Assembly (NCBI RefSeq): GCF_024521635.1
Contig: NW_026250441.1
Coordinates: 62,001-126,000 of the forward strand
From: Tricharina praecox
Lineage: Eukaryota
Length of the DNA: 64,000 nucleotides
Reading direction: 5' to 3'
Below are positions 1-12,214 of this stretch, in pieces. Within the stretch, counting starts at the first letter, position 1. Each line of letters starts with the position of its first letter. The notes under the pieces were generated by a model. The model ran no database searches. It saw only the letters and a list, made by a program, of their open reading frames with translations, and had not been told where the DNA came from. A program made the translations under genes and the position numbers.

Positions 1-569
1 GGTGGCGTTCCAGCAGGTGGCGGGGCTGGGCGGAATCCTGGCCACGCATGGCTCGCACGCGAGTCTGTACAGCGCCCTGCTCGACAGGAATGGAAGGCCC
101 GATATAAAGATCGTGTTCGTCCTGCAGGTGCCCGTGCAGCTGCTGAGCTATTCGATCTTTTTTTATACGCTCGGGTTGGCAGTGCATGTTATCTCGCCGC
201 TCGGGTGGAGCGTGTGGGGTGATGATTCTAAGGTTCGTTGTCCGCTCCGGAGACTGTTGCGTAAGGTGCTGATGCGCGAAGATTGCCGTGTTCTATTGCG
301 TCGGTCTCGCCGTCTCTGTCTCGCTGTTCATGATAGGCAGCCACTACAGCCTGCAGTTGCTGGATACGTCGAGTTTGGTCGGGAAACAGAACGAGGTTAT
401 GGGGAACGAGCATGGAGACAGCGAGGAGAGCTTCTCGAGGAGGCCAACGTTCATGAATAGGGAGACGAGTCTCGAGGAGGCTGCAGATCGTGTCAACGAG
501 GAGCGAACGAGGAATCAAGGCGTGTCGGGTGGCATCGGAGGGTTGCAGACGAGGGAGATCGTCGAGTGA
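1..569 (+). CDS. 3' part of a multi-pass membrane protein (5'-truncated by window)
   Basis: Hydrophobic segments (IVFVLQVPVQLLSYSIFFYTLGLAV; IAVFYCVGLAVSVSLFMIG) are joined by a GTTCGT..GCTGAT..AAG intron at 233-281. Stop at 567-569. Confidence 0.6.
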
Positions 570-924
570 ACCAGGAGCTGGACTCTGGTCACGTGAATGG
601 GAGCTGTACTTCGATCACGTGAATAAGGAGCTGGACTCTGATCACCGTTGGTGGACGAGGGAACGCAGGAGACGAATCAAAGACGCCGGAGTAGGAGGAA
701 CCGCGTTGTGCGAGAGCATATGGCGAATTATCAGGACGGATGATTAGATGGATCAGATACGCCATAGAGTCTATAGCCGCCGAATAGAGAGCTTGAGCAG
801 ATCACCCAGAATCCCTGTCCTCACGTGCCACAGTTATCGCCAGATTTCACCTTCTGCGTGTCCCCCTCCCGTCTGATCATCATCGCTACATCGCACGCAT
901 GCCACCTCTACATCCACGACCGAC

Positions 925-3900
925 ATGACCCCGCCATTCTCCTCGGCCGACCACGCACGGCCTCCCGGAATATACACGCTACTACTACCACTGCTTCTAT
1001 TGCTATGTCACGCGACTACTACCGCGGCGATGACGCCGACGCGAAAGCTCGCCCTGAGGGAGGAAGCGAGGACGATGTTTCGCCATGGGTGGGATAGTTA
1101 CTGGGAGATTGCGTTTCCGGAGGATGAAGTACGGAAGCATGTCCTATCGAGGGATGAGTAGGGATGGAAGTGTACTGACGGCGAGCTTGCGCGTGCAGGT
1201 TAAACCCCTTACGTGCATCCCGCACCACCGCGACCGCGCGAACCCGAAGGACATTGGCACGAACGATGCGATGGGAGAGTTCTCGCTCACCGCGATTGAT
1301 GCACTGAGTTCCATGGCGGTTATGGCGGCGAGTGATGAGGTGGAGGCCCAGAGGTTCTGGGAGACGGCGGAGGAGCTGGTGCGGATCTACTGGTGAGCGC
1401 TCCGTTCTGATGTCGGCTAGGGGACGACTGACGTTGACAGGTATAATAAGCCGAAAGACCAGGAGTCGGACAGGAGGAACGCGTCGTCGTCGTGGGGTAG
1501 GTTTCAAGGCAGGCACAGGAATACGCGCGGGTTCGATATCGATGCAAAAGTGCAAGTGTTTGAGACTACGATTCGCGGGCTGGGGGGACTGTTGTCGGCA
1601 CATTTATTTGCAATTGGATCGCTCCCAGGATTGCCGAAGGAATTTGAGGGGAAGACGAAGACGGGATTTGTTTACAACAACGAGCTACTGCACCTTGCGG
1701 AGGACCTGGGTCGGCGACTACTCCCCGCACTGACGAAATCGCCGACGGGAATCCCGTACCCACGGATCAACCTCCGTCACGGACTCCCGCACGGCATCAA
1801 GAACCCACGGTACTACAACCGGATCCTCGGCTGTCCGCAGTACCACCCTGATCCGGACAGCGAACCCGAGCATCCGTCTGAACGCTTCTGGCGACACCCA
1901 AATCCAAAGTCGATAAAACGGGAGCGGCCGGACGAGGAGATTACCGAGACGTGTACTGCGGGCGCGGGCTCGCTCGTGCTGGAGTTTACTACGTTGTCGC
2001 GGTTGACGGGAGATCCGAGGTTCGAGGAGGCGGCGAAGAAGGCATTCGACGCGATCTGGAGTCGGAGGTCTGCGATTGGTCTCGTTGGCGCTGGGGTGGA
2101 TGCCGAGAGCGGACTGTGGACAGGCGCGAACTCGGGGATCGGCGCGGGGGTGGATAGCTTCTTCGAGTACGCGTTCAAGAGCTATGTATTGCTAGCGGGT
2201 AATGCCGACGAGAGCTACTTTCTGGACGTGTGGGAGAAGGCGCGCACCGCGCTCGAGCGACATGTGCTCGTGCGGGAACCGGCGACGTGGTGGAACAATG
2301 TGCATGTCAACACTGGTGTGGGGATACAAGGCGGGGCGTGGATCGATTCGCTGGGCGGGTTCTTTGCCGGGACACTGTCGCAAGCTGGTGGTGCCTCGGA
2401 AGACGACGATGCTCTAGATCTAGCGGTCAAGGGAAATCTTGTCTATTCTGCGCTGTGGAATCGATACAATGCCCTTCCAGAACGGTTCAACACGCGACTC
2501 TCAACGATCGAAGGTGGCTTGTCGTGGTATCCAGGTCGTCCGGAGTTTGTTGAATCAACCTATTTACTCTACCGAGCCACTAAGGATCCCTTCTGGCTTC
2601 ATGTGGGCGAGATGGCGATGCGCGATTTGAAGCGCAGGTGTTGGGCGAGATGTGGTTGGGCGGGCCTGCAGGATGTCCGCACCGGCGAGAAACAGAACCG
2701 GATGGAGAGCTTCTGGCTGAGCGAGACGTGGAAATATTTGTTTCTCTTGTTCGATGAAGGTTGGTTGTGCCCATGTGCTTGAAGCGACATAGCTGACATC
2801 CTTCCAGCAAATCCTTTGCACACCCTCGATGCACCTTGGGTATTCACCACCGAAGGGCATCCGATCATCCTGCCACGTCCATCCTGCGTAGTTACCTCCT
2901 CTTCGCCCCCACCCCCGAGAACGTGTCGCGCTCCGCCGACGTCGTCCAGCTTTTTCTCTACTACCGCGTCTCGTCCAGATCTATTCCACGCCGCTTACTT
3001 CACCAAGCTGCACCTCTCACAGATCCCCGACTCGACCGTCTCCTCCTCCGACCCGGGCGATCTTTATGTCTCACCAACGAACTCCACCTTCTACCCATAC
3101 ACTCTCCCGCTTCACCTGATACAACCCAACGCCACTAGCGCCCCACTCCCTACCCGCGATTCGCTAGAACTCCTCTTCCCCGAAGGCTTCGCGGCTCCCA
3201 ACGGAGTGGCCACGTCCACGATCCTCTCCCGTTTCACCCCCAAGATTCAACGCGTCCCCAACGGTGTCCGGATCCTTTCGCTCAACGCGTTACGCCTCTC
3301 CCTCATCGACTCGACCGACACCGAGGCACTGCGTATCAACAAAGTCAGCGGCATCCACCTCGGCCGTGAAGAGCTCGTCTATATCTCGCGCGATCTCATT
3401 GACGGTATCAAAGACACCAACTTCGACGTCGTCCCGGACACCGAAGTCCTGGAGCTCCACCTGACCTTCCATGCCGTTCCCTCTCCGCAGGGCAACATCC
3501 TGCATGACCTCCTGAGCTTCCTCAACCCCACCGCCTCCTCATATCTCTCCTCTCTGAGCAAAGACTACGCTATCCCAGCAGTCATCTCTCGCGGCGAGGG
3601 CGCAACCCCAATCTCGGACTTCGACGCCGCCGATATATTCATTTCCTCCTCGACCGCCTGCTCCGGTCCCCTCCCCTACACCGCCCCAATCATCGTCGTT
3701 AAACGCGGCGGCTGCACTTTCGCCGACAAAATCGCCAACATCCCCGACGACCCCAGCGTGCGTCTCATAGTTGTCGAGGATTTCCTTGCCGGCACGGGGG
3801 TGGAGGGGGTTGTTGCGCCGGTTGTCGACGGGATTCAGCGGAACGTTCGGGGACACCGCACGAACCAGGTGGGACTCGTCATGGTCAGGAGTGGCGTACG

Positions 3901-3988
3901 GTGGTGGGAAGTCGAGAGTGTGGCGGTTCGCAAGAGGGTCGGCGTCAGGGTCCAGGGCAGGGAGGTGAGTGGGTTGGTCGTGGATTAG
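925..3988 (+). CDS. MNL1: ER degradation-enhancing alpha-1,2-mannosidase-like protein (GH47, EDEM/Mnl1/Htm1 type) with C-terminal PA-like domain
   Basis: GH47 motifs MFRHGWDSY..AFPEDE, VQVFETTIRGLGGLLSAH, TPTGIPYPRINL-like, GIGAGVDSFFEY, RPEFVESTY, RMESFWLSETWKY and FTTEGHP; PA motif VVKRGGCTFADK. Introns 1129-1198, 1393-1440 and 2760-2807 join the ORFs in frame. Confidence 0.9.
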
Positions 3989-4595
3989 ATTGTAGATGAG
4001 TTTTTTTCCTTTTCGCTTGGATATTGGATATGCACTGTGTTGCATTTAACGAATGGAATGATATGGATTCGATTTTACGATGTTGTTCCAGTATTGGTGC
4101 CGGTGATGGGCTCGGTGTATGCCCCTACCGGCGATTTCTGCAGAGCTGCTAGGTGGCGATATGGCTACAGAGAAATACTTTCGTGAATACGGGTGATGTT
4201 CTGTTAGAAAGCCTACTTCCCGTTGGCCGTATTCGAAGGGAACGAAAGTACAAGCATTCACACGATACCATCGGGTTCTGGTACTACCTGGGTAGCTCTC
4301 GAGCAAACATCGCGATATCACTGGAGTAGCGTCCGCTGAGTAGTGTTCACCCGCACAGGGCGCCGAGTAGTGCCCGCCCGCACAGGTCTCTATGCCCGTA
4401 GAGCGAGCCCCTATTCAAGTCAAGGCAGCGAACTGAGCGATGAGTTGTGGTGGTGGATAGCTGTTTATCCTTCATTTCAAGGACCTCCCATTCCCGTAAC
4501 AACACCACCCCCACCCCCCACCACCCCACAACTCCCCCGCCATAACTACGTTTGTTTCCCTCAAAACAACCCCCAGCTCCCAACCACGCTACAGC

Positions 4596-4984
4596 ATGTC
4601 CGCACAGTCCTCCTCACCCCCACCCCCACCACCGCCCCACGCACCACCAGCAGGACCTCAGTCCCCTACTGCCACTCTCGAAGCCGCCGCTCGACGAATA
4701 ATCGGTGCGCCCATCCTGCCACCCATCTTCCCATCCCAAAAACCAAAACTAACCCAACCCACCCCCTAGCCTCCGACGCGCAAGTCTTCGCGAAGTACCG
4801 TGCCGCTCAGCGCACTCGCGGAACCCCCGGCAATCCCGGCGCTCCCGGTGCTTCCGGCACTCCTGCCGCGCCGGTGGGCGCAAAGAAGGCCGTCTGCGGG
4901 TCCGATAGTTGCATGCACCTGTCTTGCCTATGGGCTGCGGCGGGCGACGCCGCGAGGAAGAATTCGAAGCGGAGGAGGACGTAG
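4596..4984 (+). CDS. small Pro-rich basic hypothetical protein (about 107 aa)
   Basis: ATG at 4596. Intron 4705-4769 (GTGCGC..ACTAAC..TAG) joins MSAQSSSPPPPP..AAARRII in frame to ASDAQVFAKY..CGSDSCMHLSC..KRRRT*. Confidence 0.5.
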
Positions 4985-5799
4985 CTAGGTTATTGCGGCC
5001 GGGGGGAACGGAGAGGCGGGAGATCTTGCGGATATTGAAATCATGATGCGGGTGTGGGGATATTGGTGTTTGGGGATCTCCCGAGTCGAATTGTGATGTT
5101 TGTTGGAATCGTGTATGTATGTATGTGCATGTGTACTGAAGCGCTGCCACCAAGCCAGTGACCGCACCGAATTCACTGCAAAATTCCTGCACCAAAATAT
5201 CTGTTCCCACACGGCTGCCGCGCTAATCGCTGCGTGGGTGACTCCTGTAGTGTACGATCTTCCCGGCTCCAGACGTCATTGCCGGAGATCCTGTTCGCTC
5301 TTCAGCCATCCGAGTGATGATACCACGACGAGTCTGACTAAGGGGATATGTGAGGACCTGAAGAGGTGTGATTTGTGTGGGTTTGAACTGCGAGTGCCCA
5401 TAGCCACCTAAGAGATTATCATCCGCGAGTTTCATTCCATGGCTTGCTGAATTAGTATGATGGTATGGTGGAGTGAAGGAGGAGCTGTCGGCCTGAGGAA
5501 TGAATGTGGTTAACAGTGGGCATCAATGTTGGTGGGCATTGCGGGGAACACCAAACGAGGAGGGGGGGACTTAAGCTGGTACCGGCGGATTATCTTCTTC
5601 TTTGCTGATCATCGTCTATAGAATCGACAGTCAACCTCCCCATCTCTGCTCTTTCCTCTTTGCTTATGAGCGCGTTGACCTCAAGAAACACGGGCACGTA
5701 TCACTTCACAACTCCACATGTAAGTCGATAGAGCAAACAGTCAACTTTTTTCTATTTGTACCCCCGATCACAACACCTTTTTTCCTCCATATTCACAAT

Positions 5800-6471
5800 C
5801 TAATGAACCACAGCTCGCATATTGCCACCCATAATATCCCTACTGAACTTCAACTCTCCACCAGCCCTGCTCTTCGGCCAATCACCACAGACCTCCTTGA
5901 TCAACATAGAAGCTTCGGCAATGATCTGGCAGGGAACCTTGTTCTTGTAGCGGCCGCACAAGGAGATGTCGCCACCCTTCCACTTGTGCATAGTGCTGCA
6001 CTTGCTGCCGCCGATGTTGTCCTGGGTGCAGGTGTTAGAGGCATACGCAGCAATGCGGCCGATGCAGTAGTTGATCTCGTCGAAGGTGGGGGAGGCCCAG
6101 GAAGTCTTGCAGTAGATCTTACCGAGAGCACTGGTGGACTCTACCTCGGACGTGGAGCGGATCGTGACGAGGTAGGCGTTCGGCTCCTCGGTGTCGAGCG
6201 AGATGGTCGCCACCACGCCACCACCTTTCTCGGAGTGGTCGGCGCTCGGGAGAGCGGGCAGCGTGATGTTGTATGGCTTGAAGTCGGAGGGTCCGTTATT
6301 GCCGAAGGTGTTGGCGTCCTTGACCGGCGAGTGGTCGGTGCCGGCGCGAGAGACCACCGGGAGGTCGCGCAGCTTGACTTCGGAAGATACGTGACCGCCG
6401 GAGGGAGCAGTGGAGACCAAAACAGCCATCGTGGAGAGGGCCCCAAAAATGCTGAGGATGTTGATATGCAT
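5800..6471 (-). CDS. small secreted cysteine-rich protein (effector/toxin-like, possibly Ecp2/Hce2-related)
   Basis: Signal peptide MHINILSIFGALSTMAVLVSTAP, a pro-region, then a C-terminal domain CKTSWASP..C..CTQDNIGGSKC..ISLCG..C..C. Confidence 0.7.
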   Translation of the reverse strand: MHINILSIFGALSTMAVLVSTAPSGGHVSSEVKLRDLPVVSRAGTDHSPVKDANTFGNNGPSDFKPYNITLPALPSADHSEKGGGVVATISLDTEEPNAYLVTIRSTSEVESTSALGKIYCKTSWASPTFDEINYCIGRIAAYASNTCTQDNIGGSKCSTMHKWKGGDISLCGRYKNKVPCQIIAEASMLIKEVCGDWPKSRAGGELKFSRDIMGGNMRAVVH

Positions 6472-7003
6472 GTTGATGTGGATTTTATTTTGTTGATTTT
6501 TATGATGGTAATTTCGGGGGTGGGACCAAAAGAGTGGGGGATGTGAGAGGGGAGGATGGAGTTGGGAAAGGGAGTTGTTTATAAACCGAAAAGTTCGAGG
6601 CCCAAAACATTGATTGTATCTAAATCTAGTCTTGCATACAGATCCCGCTAGTGTTGTCGAGTAACAGAACGAGTAGCAAACACCGCATGATTTCACGGTC
6701 AACGTTTGTTTGCAGCTAGTCAACGTTGAACTAGAGGTGATCACCGTCGAAGGGTGGATCGAAGTACATTTTTGGCCGACCACCCGTGGTATCAAACAAC
6801 TGTATGTGTGAAAAAACCAGCACATATCAACCTCGTACCTCCTTCCAGGCAGTAACAAACCTCACAAATCGGTTCATCGAGCACGGAACAATCAATAATA
6901 TCCGAAGTACCTACCTAGCTCGTTTCCGCCTCCATCAGAATCAAGTCTACAATTCTACTTGACGCCACTCTTATGAAAAATTATTAATCCTCACCCGTTC
7001 AAA

Positions 7004-7045
7004 CCCCCCCCCCCCGTCAAACCCCCCCCCCCCCCCCCCCCCCCC
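7004..7045. repeat. poly-C tracts
   Basis: C12 and C24 runs separated by GTCAAA. Confidence 0.9.
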
Positions 7046-8903
7046 TCAACAAAAACAGACAAGAAAAAATGAACAGCGGAAGCCATGGAAGCAATCATCC
7101 ATGCCCACGCATTTACCATCGAGCACCAAACAGTACACCGAGCCTCTCCGAGGCGCATTCCGGAGCACCACACATCTCCCGGTATGAACCAGTCTCGTCC
7201 TCGAGCTCAACCTCCTAAACGTCCCCAATTAGCTCCCCGTGCAAAGCATCGACAATCGAAGGAACAAACGGTACATAGATCTCAATCCGCAGCACCCACT
7301 TCAATTCGGTGTGCGATTTCTCTCTCCCGGTTCTCGCATCTTTCTTGACCAGAAAATCAACTGTTCATCCGCTCCGAGCACGATCGGACGAGATTTTTTT
7401 GTCTTGCTTAATCATCATTACACTCGACCTTGGGGTCCTGGGACGGTTGAATTTCCTTTTCCACGCGGCTATCACAGACCGCTGGCCGCGAGCTCGATAC
7501 CGGTTTCCTATCACATGCTCTCCACCCAGCCCTCTCCCCGAGTCAACACTCCCTGCCCAACCCTCTCCGCTCAACCATCCCCGTTCAATACCCGCAAGAA
7601 GGAGGGAAAGCAACAAAGCAAGACAGAAAACAAGAGCGAAGGAAAGAGAGAATATCCCTGCCACCCGTGTTTTCCATGTCCTCTGCCGGCAGCCCCTCTC
7701 TTCGTTCGTCCAGTCGATAGGCTTTATCCTCTTTCTCGCCCTAGTTCTCACGCTTTCCCAGTTTACCGGCGATGAGGCCGATCATCCATGACTCGGTGAC
7801 TAAGCTGGAAGAAGTGGGGAGGAAGAGAGGTGCGGTCTCTTTCCCCAGCTCTACGATTGGACGAGATTTTCGGGAGCGTCATGGGTCTGTATTCGCTTTT
7901 GGTCCTATCAAGTGCGGGAAACCCCGGTCACGCACATGCGGGCTGAGATTTACCCCCGGGAGTGTCTACTTCCTCCCAAGTCCCTCTCTCGGTATATTGG
8001 GCCTCTGCTACTTCGATTGAAGATAAACAGGAACGTCGAGAAGCGGTGCGGAGAGGAAGGCGAAAAGTAAGTACGTCCGTAGTTGCGCCTAAGGTTAGGG
8101 TTCGCTGCGTAGTCCTCCGTTTTGGCGGTAATAATTCACTTTCGGATCCAACCTGAGACAGTTCGCGCGTGGCAGACACGCAAGGGATGGAGGGAAAATT
8201 ATTATTATTGTCCTCTGCTGCTGCTCGGAGAGCCATCGAGATTCCCATGGCTCCTTTGCCTAACCTGGCTTAGCTTAATAGGCTCATGGTAGCTCCCTTC
8301 TTCTCCAATCTCTTCCGTTTATGACCCCTTTATTAGCGCTTATCTTTATATGTTATCCATCAATCCGCTGTTATCCATCGATCTTATCTACACATCTTAT
8401 CGTACATCCCCCTTCCCTCCCCTCTTAGGTAAGGCAGACGACACTACTGCCCAGAGAGCAATCCATCTATACGGCTGTATCAGGTACCCTCTCCCAAGCA
8501 TGTACGATTATCATAACCACCGACATCCAACGACGCCGCGATGCCACCACTTTCAGTTTGGGACCCCCTTCAGGACGGATTGCTCGAACCATCCCACTCT
8601 GCGCCTTAGTAATCAATTTGTATGAATACGAGCTTTATCCATCATAATTCATTCAAATCGAGACATACTTGGCTAACTAAGCTCACTAAACGAGCGTATG
8701 GAGCAGAACTAAAGGAATCATTGAAAAAGCATCCCTCCCGCAATACCGTATCCCATAACGTCCTCCATACCGCCTACAAGAAAACCACATGACCATGAAC
8801 CGATCCTCCTTCTCCACACCCCCGGAAACCTTTCCACCGTCCCCCTCCCCCTGCCCTAGCCCGCTTCCTCCGCCAAGAGCTACCGTGACATTTGCGGCAC
8901 GAC

Positions 8904-9272
8904 CTAATCCGCGCCACAAGTCCCCGTGTCGCCGTTATTGCACTTGCTGCTCGGGCCGTAGGCGCAGCACCCACCGCGGGTATTACACTCGAACGCCCAG
9001 TCCCTGTAGTCCGTTCCGGGATAGGCACTCGTTCTACCCACGTCGGTGATGTATCCGCAGCCCCAGCAGTAGACGCCGGGGTTGGACACCGGGTAGCACT
9101 TGCAGCCGTTGTTGATGCAGGCACGCTTGGACAACTCGGGGGCGGGCGCCGCGTCGCGCCGCAGGAGTTGCGCCCCGCTGGAGTCGCCGTCGATTGGTGA
9201 GGCGTCGCAGTAGGAGAGCAGCAGGAGGAGGCCGAAGAGGCTGAGGAGGAGGTGGTGCATCGCGGTGTACAT
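8904..9272 (-). CDS. small secreted cysteine-rich peptide precursor (Kex2-processed, antimicrobial/effector-like)
   Basis: Hydrophobic signal peptide, RR and KR dibasic sites, then a mature peptide ACINNGCKC..YCWGC..FEC..GGCC..KC..TC with 10 Cys. Confidence 0.8.
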   Translation of the reverse strand: MYTAMHHLLLSLFGLLLLLSYCDASPIDGDSSGAQLLRRDAAPAPELSKRACINNGCKCYPVSNPGVYCWGCGYITDVGRTSAYPGTDYRDWAFECNTRGGCCAYGPSSKCNNGDTGTCGAD

Positions 9273-12214
9273 GGCTGCTGGTGTGGTGGTTGTTGAGGTA
9301 TGCGACTGCGAAGTGAGGACTGTTAGTGGGTGGCCGTGAGACTGTAAACCCGGAACACAGGGTATTGTACTTGCGTTTGCTGGTCTGGATGCGGGAGTTT
9401 AAGTTGCTGTTTGAGTCGCTTTTGGAGTCGCTTTTGGAGTCGATGTTGGAGTCGATGTAGGATGGATTGCCAGAGACGGAGAGGTGAGTATTTATCCTCC
9501 AGTCATGCTATGACCGTGAGAGTCTTTCGCTGTAGCATTCATACGATCTCTTCCAAGAATCGCTCTCCTAGAGCTCGCCGACGGCTTCCCCGCTCCGCAC
9601 ACCAGCAGAGGCACCACTCCCGGTGCACCACGCAGCACCGTGCTGCTATCTCTGGCATCAACCGGACATGAATACGAGGTCCCACCGGCCAGCCAGGCAG
9701 AACCAATCCTGATTGAGCTCCTCTCGTCCAACGACGCAATGACACTTATGCATCGTAAGCCAGCCATGGAGAGGTTTTTAGGATGGACACCTCGTATTTC
9801 GTATTTGGGGCTGAAGCTGAACATTCGAGCCCTGGACGAATCGTACATGATGCATTGAGCTTGATTCCGTTGGCACTCAGCACCGGTCCGCGGCCTGTGT
9901 GGGTATCGAGTTAAAGTCACGGGGGGAGGGTGCGTGGAATTGCGGGAGTGCGGTGGTTATTCTCAACGAGTCCAAGTGTTCCACCATTGTCAAAAAATTC
10001 TGATCCGGACGGATAGAGAAGATGTTGACCCCCGTGTAAACCGTAGGCAGCGAGGTAAAGCGGACAACTATGGCCGACCTACCTACAGCATGATAGGTAT
10101 ATCGGCTACCGGATACCTTCCGCAGGCCGTAGGAGATGTATCGGTATATACCTCCTCCACCCCAGGAGCGGTAGCCAGTGACTTCATCGGAGCACTTACC
10201 CCGCGCCGACCGCCTGTGTCTATTCTTTGCATTTAGCTATTCATATCTTCCGGTCTAGTCTTGCTCTGCAGACCACAACAGCCGCGGTGCAAGTGGCAAA
10301 CCAATGCCTGCGCATATGTCTATTCCGTGGCTGAAACGTGCAGACACCGATCATGGCACCCCTGCGGACGCGAGTGAGCCAATGGCATACATACTCCATC
10401 TACATTTCTGCAACCGGCGAACTGCGGCGATTCCCATATGGTGTAGACTCGGTACCAATTGCATTGCGGTGACGAGACGGAGTATTTCATTCGGTATTTA
10501 GCAGAGGGCTACAGCCGGGAGACAAAATCAGTACAGACGACGGGACTAGTTGCCTGGGTACCGTGGTACACGAGGACTTTTCGGACCTATAAAAAATAAT
10601 CAATTGCGGAGCGTAAGACACCAGGCCGGACGGAGTGGAGGCCGCAGGAATACGCTGCTCGATGAGTGGGCTTCTGTTTGTCGTTCCAGCATACATGCTC
10701 GCAATTATCATACAGAACATACCTACGTCATAAGTGCATCTGCCAAATCCCATCCATCATCGCTGAAGCCCTGGTATGTCCCGGGCCCGGTGCCCGTACC
10801 CCCATCTCCCCGCCTACGGCTGGGCCACGGGAACTGTATGTATGCAGCGCAGTACAAGAAAAGAAAATAAAAGAAAAGAAAACAAATTGTCGGCTGAGTC
10901 GGCTCACGTCTGACCCTTTCTTGCGCGCCGGGCAGCCCGCCAGCCCCTCATACGGGCCACCGTCGCTACTTATGTGCTAGTACATCCTACCCGTAGATTG
11001 AATATCCAGAGGAAGCTAATGAAAGTGCCGGTACGATGCAGCGAAGCGGTTTGCAATTCCCAAAAACGACGGGTCACGGGGGTGGGCAGGAAATCCCCAA
11101 GGATCAAATTTGGAGTGGTCAAGAAGGGAACGACTCGTGAGGCCTCCGCAGCCACGCAGAAATACGCGAGGCGCACACGTGTGTGTGGAAGGGGGTGGGA
11201 TTGGAATGTGTGCTGTATGATGTACGACGGGAATCGTATCCAAAGATCTGGGTCACGTGGGTAAGAAGCTCGTCCCCTCGCCCAGTCTCAGGGCTGACGG
11301 CGTACTAGCCCAATCTAATCTTATCTCATGGTAGATACCCAACGGCGGAGGAATGATACATGTTTCATTGGTGCGTGCGCCACAGTCGGGTAAGGCCGCA
11401 TGCGGAATGGAACTGAACCCTGGTTGAATGGGTCGCCGCGCCACATCAGCCCCGTGGAGAGCGCCACACCCGTAATCCTTCCCCGTCTGACTGTTCGGTG
11501 ACGATCGCGTTGGCCACTTGGTGACGAAAACGAGTAAAGCTCGGCACAGACAACGCGTCGACAAAGTAACTCGGAGAGAAGGAAACACCATGGCTGCCAT
11601 AACCTCGGACCAGGTGAGCCTCCTGTGATGCACATGTGTGGCGGGAATGTAGTGCGGATATGTGGTGCTGATTCGATGCACAATGCACGGTAAGAGAAAC
11701 CGGTCATAGAAGTGGTCAATATTAAATAGGTTTGCCCGGGAAACGCATCTCTGTACATATAATGAAAGCCCCCCACCGCTCATACAGAATGGTGTGATAC
11801 GTAAATATGTAACTCTCAGCCACTGCCCTTCCATCACACTTCACTCGCGCGCCACCTCCGCCTTACCATTACACCACTAAGTGCTTGCCTCTGGCACTGC
11901 CGGCAATCTTTTGCTTTGCCTATTGTCCCAGCTTCAGATCATTTTACTGCGGCTTAACATGTGTCTTTTTTCCCAATTGCAGTGGAGTTACCTCTCCAAC
12001 CTCCTTTTGCCACGGAAATTTAGCTGCCACCTGAGAAAACCCGTTTGCTAGCTGACCCGCTTCCCTGCGAAACCAAATTTGCAAACCTATTCTACGGACA
12101 CATATTTTGCATTAGGTAGCTTAGCCGATCCCCAGATCATCCTGGGAGTGAGGAAGCCAGTGCCGATAATCCAGGGACCAACGAGCGGGTATTAGTCTAG
12201 TCCCATCCCGTGTT

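Noticed and set aside
5602..6546. 314-aa plus-strand ORF
   Set aside because: Antisense shadow of the secreted-protein gene.
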